Assembly (NCBI GenBank): GCA_965601925.1
Contig: OZ271854.1
Location: 1,024,001-1,088,000, forward strand
Reading direction: 5' to 3'
Source of the DNA: Alkalispirochaeta sp.
Lineage (GTDB): Bacteria; Spirochaetota; Spirochaetia; DSM-27196; Alkalispirochaetaceae
DNA length: 64,000 nucleotides
Made by a program: the position numbers and the translations under genes. Shown one piece after another: positions 10,007 through 20,819 of the stretch (its first letter is position 1; the number at the start of each line of letters is the position of its first letter). The notes beneath the pieces were generated by a model. It was given only the letters and a program-made list of their open reading frames with translations. It was not told where the DNA came from and made no database searches.

Positions 10007-11740
10007 GTGGAACGGAAACATCTGATCGACGTTGCGATGGGACGCAGTGATGCGGATCTCGTGCTGCGAAATGCGCGTGTTGTTAATGTGCGCACTCATG
10101 AAGTGGTAACGGGAGACCTCGCAGTGGCGGGCGGCGCCGTGGTGGGCATCGGCTCCTACGACGGGCGGGACGAAAAGGACGTGGGCGGCCGGTACGTAAT
10201 TCCCGGTTTCATCGACAGCCACGTCCATATCGAGTCGGCACTGGTCTCTCCCGAGCAGTTCGCTCGCCTCGTGGTGCCCCGGGGGACTACTACGGTGATA
10301 GCCGACCCCCACGAAATCGCCAACGTCGCGGGGATTGAGGGTATCCGCTACATGATCACCGCCGCCAAGGACATTCCCCTCGACGTTCTGTACATGTTGC
10401 CCTCCTGCGTTCCTGCGACCTCTTTTGAGAACGCCGGTGCAATCTTGGATGCCGAAGCGCTGGCGACATTGATCGACGAGGAGTCGGTGCTGGGGTTGGG
10501 AGAGGTGATGGACTATCCGGCGGTCGTCGCCGGCGACGCCGGAGTTCTGGCGAAGATCGCACTGGCCGCCGAACGAGACAAACCGGTCGACGGCCACAGC
10601 CCCATGCTCCGGGGACGCGGTCTCACGGCGTATCGCGCCGCGGGCATCGGCACCGACCATGAGTGCTCTACGGTAGAGGAGATGTCCGAGCGTCTCAGGG
10701 TGGGCATGCGGGTGCTCATTCGCGAGGGGTCGGCGGCGCGCAACCTCGAGGCCCTTGTCGAAGGAGTGAATCGCGACACCGCAAGGCGCTGCTCCTTTTG
10801 CACCGACGATAAGCAAGCCGAGGATATCCTGCGGGAGGGCCATATTGACCACATCGTACGCCGCGCGGTAGAGCACGGTCTCGATCCGCTCACGGCGATT
10901 CAGATGGCGACGATTAACGCCGCGGAGTGCTTCTCCCTCGACCGGAAAGGGAGTCTCGACCCCGGTTTCGCCGCAGACCTTGTCGTGGTAGACGATCTTG
11001 AACGCTTCCACGTTCGCGAGGTGTATAAGGGCGGGCAACTCGTTGCGGAGGACCATCGCGCCGCCTTTGCCGTACCCGGTGCCGACATCTCGTCGGTGAG
11101 CGGGAGCGTGCACGTCGCGGAGCTGGACGCCGAGAGTTTCCGCCTCCCACTGGCGGGCACATCCGTCAACGTAATTCGCCTCAACCCGGGAAGCCTCATC
11201 ACCGAAAAGGAGATCCGCACCGTGGCGGTCGACGACGAGGGTTATTACGCCGCCGATGAGACGTCCGCCGTCTCGAAGCTCGCGGTCGTTGAGCGGCACC
11301 GCGCGACGGGAAACATCGGTTTGGGGCTGGTCGAGGGGTACGGCGTCGCGGGAGGCGCCGTCGCAACGACGATCGCACACGACTCCCACAACCTGATCAT
11401 CATCGGCGACAACGATCGCGACATGTTCGAGGCGGCCGCCGAGCTCATACGGTGCAGCGGCGGTATGACCCTTGCCAAGGGGGGCCGTATTCTCGACACC
11501 CTCCCCCTCCCGATCGCCGGGCTGATGTCCGATGAGCCGGGGGAGAAGATAAGCGAACGGCTGGCCCACCTCAACCGGCTGGCACACGCTGAGCTTCGCG
11601 TGAACTCCGCGATAGACCCCTTTATGAGCCTCTCGTTTCTGGCGCTCCCGGTGATTCCCGCCATCAAGCTGACGGATATGGGACTCTTCGACGTAAGCCG
11701 TTTCGAATTTATGAACATCGAGGCGGTCGCCGACGCCTAA
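10007..11740 (+). CDS. ade: Adenine deaminase
   Basis: PGFIDSHVHIES, ADPHEIANV, GEVMDYP, DGHSP, TDHEC, REGSAARNL, FCTDD, AHDSHN, MSLSFLALPVIP. Confidence 0.93.
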   Translation: MERKHLIDVAMGRSDADLVLRNARVVNVRTHEVVTGDLAVAGGAVVGIGSYDGRDEKDVGGRYVIPGFIDSHVHIESALVSPEQFARLVVPRGTTTVIADPHEIANVAGIEGIRYMITAAKDIPLDVLYMLPSCVPATSFENAGAILDAEALATLIDEESVLGLGEVMDYPAVVAGDAGVLAKIALAAERDKPVDGHSPMLRGRGLTAYRAAGIGTDHECSTVEEMSERLRVGMRVLIREGSAARNLEALVEGVNRDTARRCSFCTDDKQAEDILREGHIDHIVRRAVEHGLDPLTAIQMATINAAECFSLDRKGSLDPGFAADLVVVDDLERFHVREVYKGGQLVAEDHRAAFAVPGADISSVSGSVHVAELDAESFRLPLAGTSVNVIRLNPGSLITEKEIRTVAVDDEGYYAADETSAVSKLAVVERHRATGNIGLGLVEGYGVAGGAVATTIAHDSHNLIIIGDNDRDMFEAAAELIRCSGGMTLAKGGRILDTLPLPIAGLMSDEPGEKISERLAHLNRLAHAELRVNSAIDPFMSLSFLALPVIPAIKLTDMGLFDVSRFEFMNIEAVADA

Positions 11741-11803
11741 AGAACGGGCCGTGCCCGCGTGCCGCCGACACGTTTCGACGACGCGCGGGTCACACATCCT
11801 CCG

Positions 11804-13219
11804 TTAGTTCACATCCTCATATCCCGACGAGGGCGTCCCGGAGACCTTTTCCTGACGCAACGACCGCGGCAGTACCAGATTGAGAAAGAGCGCCGTGAGC
11901 CCGCCGGTGGTGATTGCGGATCCGAAGATCTGCCGGAGAAGGGGCGGGAAGTTCTTGAGCACGTCGGGGACAAAGACGACGCCGAGACCGAGGCCGAAAC
12001 TGATCGCCATAATCAGAACACCACGCCGATCGATAGTACTGGAGGCGATAATTCTCACTCCCGCGGCGGCGACCGTTCCGAACATAATGATAGTGGCACC
12101 CCCCAACACCGGGGGAGGAATAATCGAGAAGAGCCCGCCGACGACGGGAAAGAGTCCTACCACGACCAAGAGACCGGATATCCAGTAGCCGACATACCGA
12201 CTCGCAATACCGGTCATCTGGATAACTCCGTTATTCTGGCTGAAGGTTGTGTTGGGAAAGCTGTTGAACACCGCTGCGATCGCCGAGTTGACGCCGTCGC
12301 CCAAGACACCGCCGGAGATGCGTTTCATGTAGACATCACCCTCGATCGGCTCGCCCGAGACCATCGACGTTGCAGTCAGGTCTCCGATCGATTCAACTGT
12401 GGTAATGAGATAGAGGAGCAAAAACGGGACGAGGCTCGCCCAGCTGAAACGGAAAAAACCGTAGCGGAAGGGAATCGGAGCTTGAATGACGTTGAGGTCC
12501 CGAAGAGCACCGAAGTTGACGCGGCCTAGTATCGCGGCGACGACGTATCCCACCAGTAAGCCGATGAAGATCGCGCCCATTCGAACGAACTTGTTCCGAC
12601 TGCGATTCAATACCACGATCGTGACGAGGACGATCGCGGCGAGCCCCAAGTTCTGCCACGTCGCAAAGGCGTCCGGCACGTTCGCCTGGACGTAGGCTCC
12701 GCCGGCGATATCGGTGATACCGACTCGAATCAGGGATAGACCGATCATCGTCACGACGATACCGCTGACCAAGGGAGTGATAATCTTGCGCAACAACGGA
12801 ATGAAGCGGCTGAAGATCATCTCGATAAATGAACCCAAAAAACAGACGCCGAACACCGTCGCCAGCGCCGCCTCCACGGTACCGCCTCCCGCCTTGACCG
12901 CGAGTCCGGTCGCAATGACGGATCCGAGAAAGGTGAAGCTGGTGCCTTGAATGCTGAGGAGACCGGATCCTATAGGGCCGATCTTTCGCACCTGAATGAA
13001 TGTACAGATTCCGCTGGCAAAGAGCGCCATACTGATGATGAAACTACTTTGCTGCACGTCCAACCCCAATGCACCGCTTATGATAATCGGCGGGGTAACG
13101 ATGCCGACAAAGATGGCCATGAGGTGCTGCAATGCGGCAAAGAAGGATTGGAGAGTCGTCGGTTTGTCATTGAGACCGTAAATCAGATCCGTTGCGGACA
13201 CACGATTGGAATCGGACAT
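11804..13219 (-). CDS. NCS2/NAT family xanthine (or uric acid) permease, XanP/XanQ-like
   Basis: ALQHLMAIF in TM1 and NAT signature TFSQNNGVIQMTG; start ATG 13219 follows AAAGGAG. Confidence 0.88.
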   Translation of the reverse strand: MSDSNRVSATDLIYGLNDKPTTLQSFFAALQHLMAIFVGIVTPPIIISGALGLDVQQSSFIISMALFASGICTFIQVRKIGPIGSGLLSIQGTSFTFLGSVIATGLAVKAGGGTVEAALATVFGVCFLGSFIEMIFSRFIPLLRKIITPLVSGIVVTMIGLSLIRVGITDIAGGAYVQANVPDAFATWQNLGLAAIVLVTIVVLNRSRNKFVRMGAIFIGLLVGYVVAAILGRVNFGALRDLNVIQAPIPFRYGFFRFSWASLVPFLLLYLITTVESIGDLTATSMVSGEPIEGDVYMKRISGGVLGDGVNSAIAAVFNSFPNTTFSQNNGVIQMTGIASRYVGYWISGLLVVVGLFPVVGGLFSIIPPPVLGGATIIMFGTVAAAGVRIIASSTIDRRGVLIMAISFGLGLGVVFVPDVLKNFPPLLRQIFGSAITTGGLTALFLNLVLPRSLRQEKVSGTPSSGYEDVN

Positions 13220-13364
13220 AGAGGCTGCTCCTTTTCTGTAAACGAGATGAAACAACTATTCTCACACCGCGCGTACTCCCGCGGTGAGAAGCGCCTATAT
13301 CTACCGGTACTCAGACGGTCGGCGCCACCATCGGTCGGCGCCGCCTATACTCCTGCGAGCGGCA

Positions 13365-14222
13365 TCATCCGCCGAGGGGCGTTAAAACATCATCGATAAA
13401 TGCGCCGACTAAGTTCAGCGCAACTTCCGTTCTGTAGTAAGCGGTGGATCGCTGATCGTCGATCGGAGAGACGAGCTCGCGATAGCCTTCGATAAGCTCG
13501 TCGCGGCGCCTGACGACCTCCTCGATCGATAAGCCCTTCATCGTCTCCTCGACTCTTTGAGACCGAACGACCGTGGGCGCAACGGCACCGAAAGCTATGG
13601 CGACATCGGCGATCACGCCGGCCTCGACTGCGGCGCAGGCGGCGACGGACAGCTTGGAAAGGGCGTTCGCACGGCGCGTCCCCACCTTTTTATAGAACCA
13701 AGCGTCGCCGGACCGGCCGGGTATCACAACGGTTGTGAGGAGTTCGTCGTCTCCGAGAGCGGTGCGCCCCGGTCCGGTGACGAACTCCTCGATTGGGAGT
13801 CGTCGCGTCCCGGCGGATGAGGAAAGCTCGACGTGAGCGTCCAAGGCGTACAACGGACACACCGCGTCCGCCGCGGGAGAGGCGTTGCAAATGTTGCCGG
13901 CAAGGGTACCGACGTTTCTGAGGCCCGGGGCGGCGATCTCGACGATGGCGGCGCGGAGCAGTTCCGGTGTCGCCGGATGCCGAAGCAGGTCGGTATAGGT
14001 TACCGCACCGCCGATGCGCAGCTCTCGATAGCGGCTCTCGATCCCCGTTAACTCTTCCAGATGGGCTATGTATACGATGGGTCCGTCAAACTCCGGCACC
14101 ATCCCGGCCGGCTTGCGGTACCGAACTAACAGGTCCGTGGCTCCGGCCATGGGGACCGCTCTCTCCCGGGCCCTGACGGCAAGCGCGTCGGCCAGGCTTG
14201 CGGGGCGATACCACGAACTCAT
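13365..14222 (-). CDS. Xanthine dehydrogenase-family FAD-binding subunit (XdhB/CoxM-like)
   Basis: MAGATDL, LRNVGTLAGNICNASPAAD, PIDDQRSTAYYR. Confidence 0.9.
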   Translation of the reverse strand: MSSWYRPASLADALAVRARERAVPMAGATDLLVRYRKPAGMVPEFDGPIVYIAHLEELTGIESRYRELRIGGAVTYTDLLRHPATPELLRAAIVEIAAPGLRNVGTLAGNICNASPAADAVCPLYALDAHVELSSSAGTRRLPIEEFVTGPGRTALGDDELLTTVVIPGRSGDAWFYKKVGTRRANALSKLSVAACAAVEAGVIADVAIAFGAVAPTVVRSQRVEETMKGLSIEEVVRRRDELIEGYRELVSPIDDQRSTAYYRTEVALNLVGAFIDDVLTPLGG

Positions 14223-14722
14223 GATGCCGCCTCGACGTCCCGCCCTTCCGCATCGGATACGAGCTCTTTGGAGGCGTTACTCACCGCCTGCACGATGGCG
14301 TCGTATCCCGTGCAACGGCACAGGTTGCCGGAGATTCCCTCTCGTATTTCGTGATCCGTGGGGCGGGGATTTTCTCGAAGGAGCGCGTCGGCGGCGACGA
14401 TCATACCCGGTATGCAAAACCCGCACTGCACCGAGCCGTCCGCGGCAAAACGTTCGACAAGACGCTTACCCCGCTCGGTATCGCGAACACCTTCTATCGT
14501 CTCGATCCGACTCCCTTCGACCGCCCCGACTGCGAGGATACACGAATCCACGAGGCGTTCGTCCAGAATAATGGAGCAGGCACCGCACTCGCCCTCGCCG
14601 CACCCCTCTTTTACCCCGAGTAATCCTAAATCGTCGCGGAGGACGTCAAGGAGCCGCTTGAGCGGGTTGACCGTGACCGATGCTTCTCGCCCATTTACCA
14701 GAAACCGTATCTCTTTTTCCAT
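14219..14722 (-). CDS. Xanthine dehydrogenase-family 2x[2Fe-2S] subunit (XdhC/CoxS-like)
   Basis: [34 protein letters not shown] 14722 follows GGAG. Confidence 0.92.
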   Translation of the reverse strand: MEKEIRFLVNGREASVTVNPLKRLLDVLRDDLGLLGVKEGCGEGECGACSIILDERLVDSCILAVGAVEGSRIETIEGVRDTERGKRLVERFAADGSVQCGFCIPGMIVAADALLRENPRPTDHEIREGISGNLCRCTGYDAIVQAVSNASKELVSDAEGRDVEAAS

Positions 14723-16850
14723 GTACAAGCTCCATTACGTATTCCGGCGTCACGGGAATGCGATGCACCGGGAGATCGAGCGCCTTTTGTATTGCCGCGG
14801 CGTAGGCCGGAGCCAGACCGTCAAACACTACCTCGCCGGCGCCCTTTGCACCGAAGGGACCGTACTCGTAGGGATTGTCGAACAGTTTGGAGGCTATCGG
14901 CGGGAAATCCAACGAGGTCGGTATCATATAGTCCGCCATGGTCGCCTGCCGGTACCGCCCGTCGACGAGCTCCAGCTTTTCGAGACTCGCATACCCGAGC
15001 CCTTGGCTCGCGCCCCCTTCGATCTGGCCGCGTACCACTTTGTCATCGATCGCGCGTCCCACGTCGTAAGCGGTCCACACTCCCCGGACCGTCACCTCGT
15101 AGGTATACCGATCTACCTCGACCTCCACGGCATTAACTCCCCAGGAATAGGAAGGGTATGCATCGCCCTGATAGGTCTCCGCATCCCACTCCAAACCGCT
15201 CGGATGGCGGTAGCCCTGGTGTACCTCGAACTCTCCCGGCTCGTCCAACCTACCTTTGAGCTTCTTCGCCGCCTCCTGCAGGAGATATCCGACGATTCCC
15301 ACCGATCGAGAAGCACAGGTGGGACCGGAGTCCGGTACTTTTGAGGTGTCCGATTCGTGATAGAGCACCTCGGAAACGGGTATCTCCAATACCTCCGCCA
15401 CGATCTTTCGCAGCGTGGTGAGGGCGCCCTGCCCGATCTCCACGATAGAGGCCTTGATTTCGGGACGGCCGTCGGCGCGCTTCTTGATGGTGACCCGAGA
15501 TTTGATGATGTCCCGCTCGCCGCTTCCGGTAAAGGCGCTCCCGTGCTTAAAGAGGGAGATACCGATACCGCGCCAGTTCCCTCGGCCGAACTCGCGGTCC
15601 TTGCGACGGTAATCGCTCTCGGTCATCACATGCTCCAACATTTCCGGAAGCTTCACCACCTCTCTGATGCGCCCGTTGGTGACGGTAACCGATCCCTCCT
15701 GCAGAAGCATACGACGTCGGAACTCGACCTCGTCGACGCCGAGATCTCGCGCGATGTGCGTCATGAGAGTCTCCGCGGCGAAGAGCGCTTGGGGCGCGCC
15801 GAAGCCGCGGAATGCGTCGTTCGGGACGGTGTTGGTGCACAACGCGCGCCCGCGAATGCGAACGTTCGGGATGTCGTATACGCCGGCTGCCGAAAACATC
15901 GCCCGCTGCAGAACCACCCCGGAGCCGCTCTGGTAGGCGCCGGCGTTGATCATGAGATCCGCGTCCAAGGCGACGACGCGATCGTTCCCGTCCACGGCGA
16001 CGCGGTAACGCGTCCTTGAGGGGTGTCGTTTCGTGGAGTATAGGAGATCTTCCCCACGCTCCATGATGAAACGCACCGGTGAGCGTACGACGAGCGACGC
16101 CACGGTCATCGCCGCCGCGAGGACATCGGGAAAGTGCTCCTTGCCGCCGAATCCGCCGCCGGTGACGCACTGCTTCACGGTGACCTCGTCCGGCGAGCAT
16201 CCCAAGGCACCGGCCACGCCCTTTCTCACGTAGAAGGGACATTGCGTGGATATATAAATGGTCGGCCGCCCGTTCTCGACGGTCGCAACGACCCCTTGGG
16301 GTTCCATGTAGACGTGCTCTTGGTACCCGGTCTGAAACTCGCTCTCAAAGACGCGCTCGGCGCGGGCAAACGCAGCGTCGGGATCGCCCTTGACGATCGT
16401 GTGATCCGAAAAGAGATTGTCGTCGCCGTGAATCGGTCCTCCGACACACGCCAGCGCGTCGAGATCGGTGAAAGCCGGCGTCTCCTCCTCTATGTCGAGG
16501 GAAAAAGAGTCCAGGAGCTCTTCGAGGTGGGTGGCATCGGGTCCCACGAGGAGCCCCACCGGCTCGCCGAGATATCGTACCGTGTCCTCGGCGAAGACCC
16601 GCCAGTCCGACGTTATCATGGGGACGACGTTCTTGCCGCCTTCCGGAATGTCGTCGGCCGTAACGAAAGTATACCCGCGGGGAAGGTCCGGGACGGTAAT
16701 CCGACGGATCGTTCCGCGAGGAACGGGAGATCGAAGGAAACGGGCGGACAGCGCACCGTCGAACCGATGGTCGGCAATGTACGCGGCCTCTCCCCGAGAT
16801 TTTGAACGGGCGTCTACCCGTTCTACCGAGCGGCTTATCGTGGAGCTCAT
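14646..16850 (-). CDS. Xanthine dehydrogenase-family molybdopterin-binding large subunit
   Basis: [57 protein letters not shown]; start ATG 16850 follows GGAGG. Confidence 0.9.
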   Translation of the reverse strand: MSSTISRSVERVDARSKSRGEAAYIADHRFDGALSARFLRSPVPRGTIRRITVPDLPRGYTFVTADDIPEGGKNVVPMITSDWRVFAEDTVRYLGEPVGLLVGPDATHLEELLDSFSLDIEEETPAFTDLDALACVGGPIHGDDNLFSDHTIVKGDPDAAFARAERVFESEFQTGYQEHVYMEPQGVVATVENGRPTIYISTQCPFYVRKGVAGALGCSPDEVTVKQCVTGGGFGGKEHFPDVLAAAMTVASLVVRSPVRFIMERGEDLLYSTKRHPSRTRYRVAVDGNDRVVALDADLMINAGAYQSGSGVVLQRAMFSAAGVYDIPNVRIRGRALCTNTVPNDAFRGFGAPQALFAAETLMTHIARDLGVDEVEFRRRMLLQEGSVTVTNGRIREVVKLPEMLEHVMTESDYRRKDREFGRGNWRGIGISLFKHGSAFTGSGERDIIKSRVTIKKRADGRPEIKASIVEIGQGALTTLRKIVAEVLEIPVSEVLYHESDTSKVPDSGPTCASRSVGIVGYLLQEAAKKLKGRLDEPGEFEVHQGYRHPSGLEWDAETYQGDAYPSYSWGVNAVEVEVDRYTYEVTVRGVWTAYDVGRAIDDKVVRGQIEGGASQGLGYASLEKLELVDGRYRQATMADYMIPTSLDFPPIASKLFDNPYEYGPFGAKGAGEVVFDGLAPAYAAAIQKALDLPVHRIPVTPEYVMELVHGKRDTVSGKWARSIGHGQPAQAAP

Positions 16851-16906
16851 AGGCGCCTCCTGTGCATATGCACCTATACTGACACTACTCCCGGTGATGT
16901 GCGCTG

Positions 16907-19744
16907 TCAACGCTCGATACCTATCGGGAGTCGCGAGGGATACGAACCGACCGCGTCGGCAATGGCATTCGCGACAGCGGGCGCCGTCGGATTCAGGGGA
17001 ACCTCTCCAAGGCCCTTCGCTCCCCGGGGACCGTCGACGTGATCGACCTCGACGATGTGGGACACAACCTCGGGCATATCGGTGATGCGAACGATTCCGA
17101 GCTGTCTCAGAGAGACCGGACCGATACCGCGGTCGTCGACGGCGTAGGACTCGTGGAGGGCGTATCCCAGGCCCATCATGACGCCGCCCTCGATCTGACC
17201 CAGTATGTTTTGTCGGTGGAGCGCCTTTCCGGCATCTTGAGCGGCGATGATGGAAAGCACCTCGACCGCCCCGGTCTCTACGTCCACCTCGACGATAGCG
17301 GCCTGAGAGGCGAAGCAGTAGCCGAAGTGTATCGCGAACTCCTCCTCACTGACACCGGCGCGGTGGTCGGCGTAGCGTTGTAACGGATAGGTCTTGGGCG
17401 CGTCGTACCAGAGCTCCTCTCGAATCGGACCGCCGGCTCGCTCTACGGTGGCCGCAAAGAGTGCTCGATCGACCACGGCATCGCCGGTGGGCGCACTCCC
17501 GCCGAAGACGCGGTTTTTGAGCGCCCGAGCCGCGGCGACGACGGCGTTCCCCGTTACGAAGGTCTGCCGGGAGGCGGTGGTCATACCGCCGTCGGGGCAG
17601 CGGGCCGTGTCCGAGGAGACGACGTGTACGATGTCGTATGCGCAGCCCAACTCGTCGGCGGCGAGCTGGGCGAATACGGTGTCCGATCCCTGCCCCATAT
17701 CGGTCGCACCGACATATATCGTTACCGCGCCGTCGGCGGCGATCTCCACGGTCGCCCCCGCGCCGTCGGGCACTCCTTTTCCGAGGCCGACGTTCTTGTA
17801 CGAGCTCGCCACTCCGACACCGAGGCGATATCGCCCGCCCGTCGCTCCGTCGGAAACGTCGGCCCGATCGGTGAACTCGGCGCCCCGAAGCGCTTTCCGT
17901 TCTCGGCGCACACGCGGCACCGTCTCCGCAAGCTCCCGCTCTACGGCGTCCAAGGTTTCGAGATAGCCGACGCCGGTTGATACGCGGTGGCCGAAGGCGT
18001 TGACTCGCCCGGGAGCAAGACCGTGGCGCCGACGGAGCTCTATGGGGTCCACTCCGGCGGCTCGGGCGATGCGATCCATTTGAATCTCGACGGCGTAGGT
18101 GACCTGGGTGCTCCCGAAGCCGCGAAAGGCGCCGGAGGGATTTTTGGTCGTGTACACGCCCCACGCTTCCGCGTGGACGTTGGGGATCTCGTAGGGGCCG
18201 GAGGCCATAACCGTGGCCCGAAAGACGACCGGCTGGGTGAGGGACATGTACGCCCCGGCGTCGCAAATCGCCTCGCTCTTACACGCAATAACCGTACCGT
18301 CCGCCTTGGCGCCGTGCTTCATACGGACCTTGGAGGCGTGACGCTTGGTACTGATGCGGATCGACTCCTCGCGGTTGAGGCGCATCTTGGCGGGACGTCC
18401 GGTTTTGAGCGCCGCCAAGGCGCAGTGGATCTGCACCGTCGGCTCTTCTTTGCCGCCGAACCCGCCGCCGCAGGGGGTGTAAACCACCCGAACACGATTC
18501 TCCGACACGTCAAGGCTCTTGGCGATCATCTCACGGAACCGGAAAGAGCCTTGGTTGTGAGTATAGACCGTAAGGCCCGCCGCCCCGGCGGTTCCGTCGT
18601 CAGGTACGGCCAGACACGCCTCGGGCTCCAGATATCCGTGCTCCACCGACGGCGTCTCGTACTCCCCCTCGATCACGATATCGGCTTCCCGAAACGCCTC
18701 ATCGGGGTCACCTTTGGTGAAGACGTAGTGCTCCGCCACGTTGCCGCCCTCGTGGAGCGTCTGGGCGTCCGCGGCCATATTCGCCTCCGCGTCCATGGCC
18801 GGCGCCAGGGTTTCCCAACGCGCCGAGATCGCCTCTGCGCCACGACGCGCCGCCTCTTCGCTTTCGGCAAAGACCGCGGCGACGACCTCGCCGCGATAGC
18901 GCACGATACCGTCGGCGAAGACCGGTTGGTGCGGCACCATGAGACCGAAACCGTTCCGTCCCGGTAGATCGGCGGCCGTCAGTACACATGCCACGCCGTC
19001 CATCGCACCGGCCGCGGAGGTATCGACGGAAAGAAGCCGGGCGTGTGGATGGTCGGCAAAGCGAAAGGCGCCGTAGAGCTGGCCCGGCGCGGCAAAATCG
19101 TCGGCAAAGATGCGTTCCCCCTGCACCTTCGCCGGCGCGTCCTTGCGAATCGGACTAAAGCCGGGGCGGGCGGCATCGGTAGAGAGATGATCTCCCCGCT
19201 CTATCGCGTGAGCGAGGTACGTTCCCTTCCCGGGAGGCGTAGCCGGTACCTCATCGACGCCTTTCCGCGCGCCTCGATCGGAGAGCGAATCCTCCGCCAA
19301 CTCCCTAACTGCACGAATAAAGGGTAGGTAGCCGGTGCAGCGACAGAGATTGCCCTTGAGCGCCTTTCGTATCGCGGCGTCGGAGGGTGACGGGTCGGAG
19401 TCGAGGAGCGCCTTGGTCGCCATAACCATACCGGGAGTGCAAAATCCGCACTGAATCGCCCCGTGACGAACAAACGCGTCTTGGATGGGGTGGAGCGATC
19501 CGCCGGCGGAAAGCCCTTCGATCGTCGTAACCGTTGCCCCGTGAAGCCGCGAAAGGAGCTGGGTACAGGCCCTACGGGCCTTGCCGTCCACGAGGACCGT
19601 ACAGGTGCCGCACTCTCCGGTGCCGCACCCGTTTTTTGTTCCAACCAGATCGAGATCGTGGCGCAGAAAGGCGAGGAGCGTTCGCTCACCCGGTCTCGCC
19701 ACGGTGTGTTCGGTTCCGTTTACCGTCAAAGTAACCTCTGCCAC
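16907..19744 (-). CDS. Fused [2Fe-2S] + molybdopterin hydroxylase, selenium-dependent xanthine dehydrogenase-like architecture
   Basis: N-terminal [18 protein letters not shown] and NLCRCTGY, then [57 protein letters not shown]. No FAD domain. Confidence 0.85.
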   Translation of the reverse strand: MAEVTLTVNGTEHTVARPGERTLLAFLRHDLDLVGTKNGCGTGECGTCTVLVDGKARRACTQLLSRLHGATVTTIEGLSAGGSLHPIQDAFVRHGAIQCGFCTPGMVMATKALLDSDPSPSDAAIRKALKGNLCRCTGYLPFIRAVRELAEDSLSDRGARKGVDEVPATPPGKGTYLAHAIERGDHLSTDAARPGFSPIRKDAPAKVQGERIFADDFAAPGQLYGAFRFADHPHARLLSVDTSAAGAMDGVACVLTAADLPGRNGFGLMVPHQPVFADGIVRYRGEVVAAVFAESEEAARRGAEAISARWETLAPAMDAEANMAADAQTLHEGGNVAEHYVFTKGDPDEAFREADIVIEGEYETPSVEHGYLEPEACLAVPDDGTAGAAGLTVYTHNQGSFRFREMIAKSLDVSENRVRVVYTPCGGGFGGKEEPTVQIHCALAALKTGRPAKMRLNREESIRISTKRHASKVRMKHGAKADGTVIACKSEAICDAGAYMSLTQPVVFRATVMASGPYEIPNVHAEAWGVYTTKNPSGAFRGFGSTQVTYAVEIQMDRIARAAGVDPIELRRRHGLAPGRVNAFGHRVSTGVGYLETLDAVERELAETVPRVRRERKALRGAEFTDRADVSDGATGGRYRLGVGVASSYKNVGLGKGVPDGAGATVEIAADGAVTIYVGATDMGQGSDTVFAQLAADELGCAYDIVHVVSSDTARCPDGGMTTASRQTFVTGNAVVAAARALKNRVFGGSAPTGDAVVDRALFAATVERAGGPIREELWYDAPKTYPLQRYADHRAGVSEEEFAIHFGYCFASQAAIVEVDVETGAVEVLSIIAAQDAGKALHRQNILGQIEGGVMMGLGYALHESYAVDDRGIGPVSLRQLGIVRITDMPEVVSHIVEVDHVDGPRGAKGLGEVPLNPTAPAVANAIADAVGSYPSRLPIGIER

Positions 19745-19778
19745 GTCTTACCTCGTCCTTTCGTGTCGTATGGTGCGT

Positions 19779-20044
19779 CTACCGTCTTGCACGTTGATGG
19801 TCCTCGGCTCGGGACGCGTGGTCCGAAGCATCGAAGGCGAGGTACCGCGACCGCGTCTCGCCGATCACCTCTTCGTAACCCGCGACCATCTGTGCCGCGC
19901 GCCCGCTCCGAGATGCACGATGTGGAGATCGCCGCTCACAATCGGCACCGTTTCGCGCGCCGTCATCACCGGGAGGACCTCCACCGACTCGGGTCGCGAC
20001 TCGTAAAACGTTCTCGGGTCGTCGCCCTCGCTCCGCATTATCAT
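19779..20044 (-). pseudogene. Possible degraded cupin-like gene
   Basis: MIMRSE...DLHIVHLGAGA in one frame, then GYEEVI...RYLAF in an adjacent frame; only a weak cupin-like pattern. Confidence 0.2.
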
Positions 20045-20192
20045 AAACAGCCGGCCCTCTGTTGTGGTGTTGCGCAATTATCAACCCGATTTCAACGCAA
20101 TGCAAGGAAAAGGTCACGCCGCACACTCCGTTCTGCAGGAGGCCCCGCACCATAAAAATCGTACCGTCGCGTCGAAATCCGCCGTACACCGG

Positions 20193-20819
20193 TCACCGCG
20201 GCACGTCGGCCTGCCGCGCATTGTAAATGGCGCCGCCCGTCTCCCGATACGCAAGCAGCACGCGTCGCCCCTCGTCGCGCAACAGGTCGCGCCGCACCGC
20301 TATACCGCGATCGGCGAGCTCGTGCGGCCATCGCTCCGGCTTGGGACCCTCATCAAAACCGATCTCCCGAGCGTCTTCGTCACGGGCGGAACAGACGAGG
20401 CGGCGGACGCCGGTCCAGAGCGTCGCGCCGAGACACATGGAGCACGGCTCGGTAGAGGTAAAGAGCTCGCACCGCGGCATCCCGTCACCGCCGAGATCGT
20501 GGGTTCCCATACGCTGTTGGGCGACGGCGAAGGCGACGATCTCGGCGTGGGCCCCGGACCATCGGCTCGGCACGACCATGTTAATCCCCGGGGCGATAAG
20601 GAGATTGCGGTCCGCGTCGAATACCGCAGCGCCGAACGGTCCGCCGCCGTTTCGACGAGTGTTCTCTTCGGCGAGTGTGAGCACCAAACGCATCTTTTCC
20701 TCGTCGGTGCGATAGACGTGGCCCTCCGGTGGAATGAGGTCGCAGACCCAATCCGGCAAGGCGATGGCGAGCTCCGGAAAACGTGGATCGGTCGTATCGG
20801 TGTGAGTAGTCTCTCTCAT
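20193..20819 (-). CDS. CDA-fold nucleoside/nucleobase deaminase (guanine deaminase-like)
   Basis: GGPFGAAVF, AHAEIVA, STEPCSMCLGA, IGFDEG zinc-deaminase motifs; adjacent to the purine cluster. Confidence 0.8.
   Translation of the reverse strand: MRETTHTDTTDPRFPELAIALPDWVCDLIPPEGHVYRTDEEKMRLVLTLAEENTRRNGGGPFGAAVFDADRNLLIAPGINMVVPSRWSGAHAEIVAFAVAQQRMGTHDLGGDGMPRCELFTSTEPCSMCLGATLWTGVRRLVCSARDEDAREIGFDEGPKPERWPHELADRGIAVRRDLLRDEGRRVLLAYRETGGAIYNARQADVPR

Noticed and set aside
9983..11797. Long antisense ORFs (this one, and 8427-9818, 49583-51340, 59225-60346 and others)
   Set aside because: Shadow frames of well-supported genes in GC-rich DNA, with no motifs of their own.
13259..13342. Imperfect hairpin and 11-bp direct repeat (CGGTCGGCGCC twice) between the FAD subunit and the permease
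   Set aside because: Short and GC-rich, plausible by chance; no other copies noticed.
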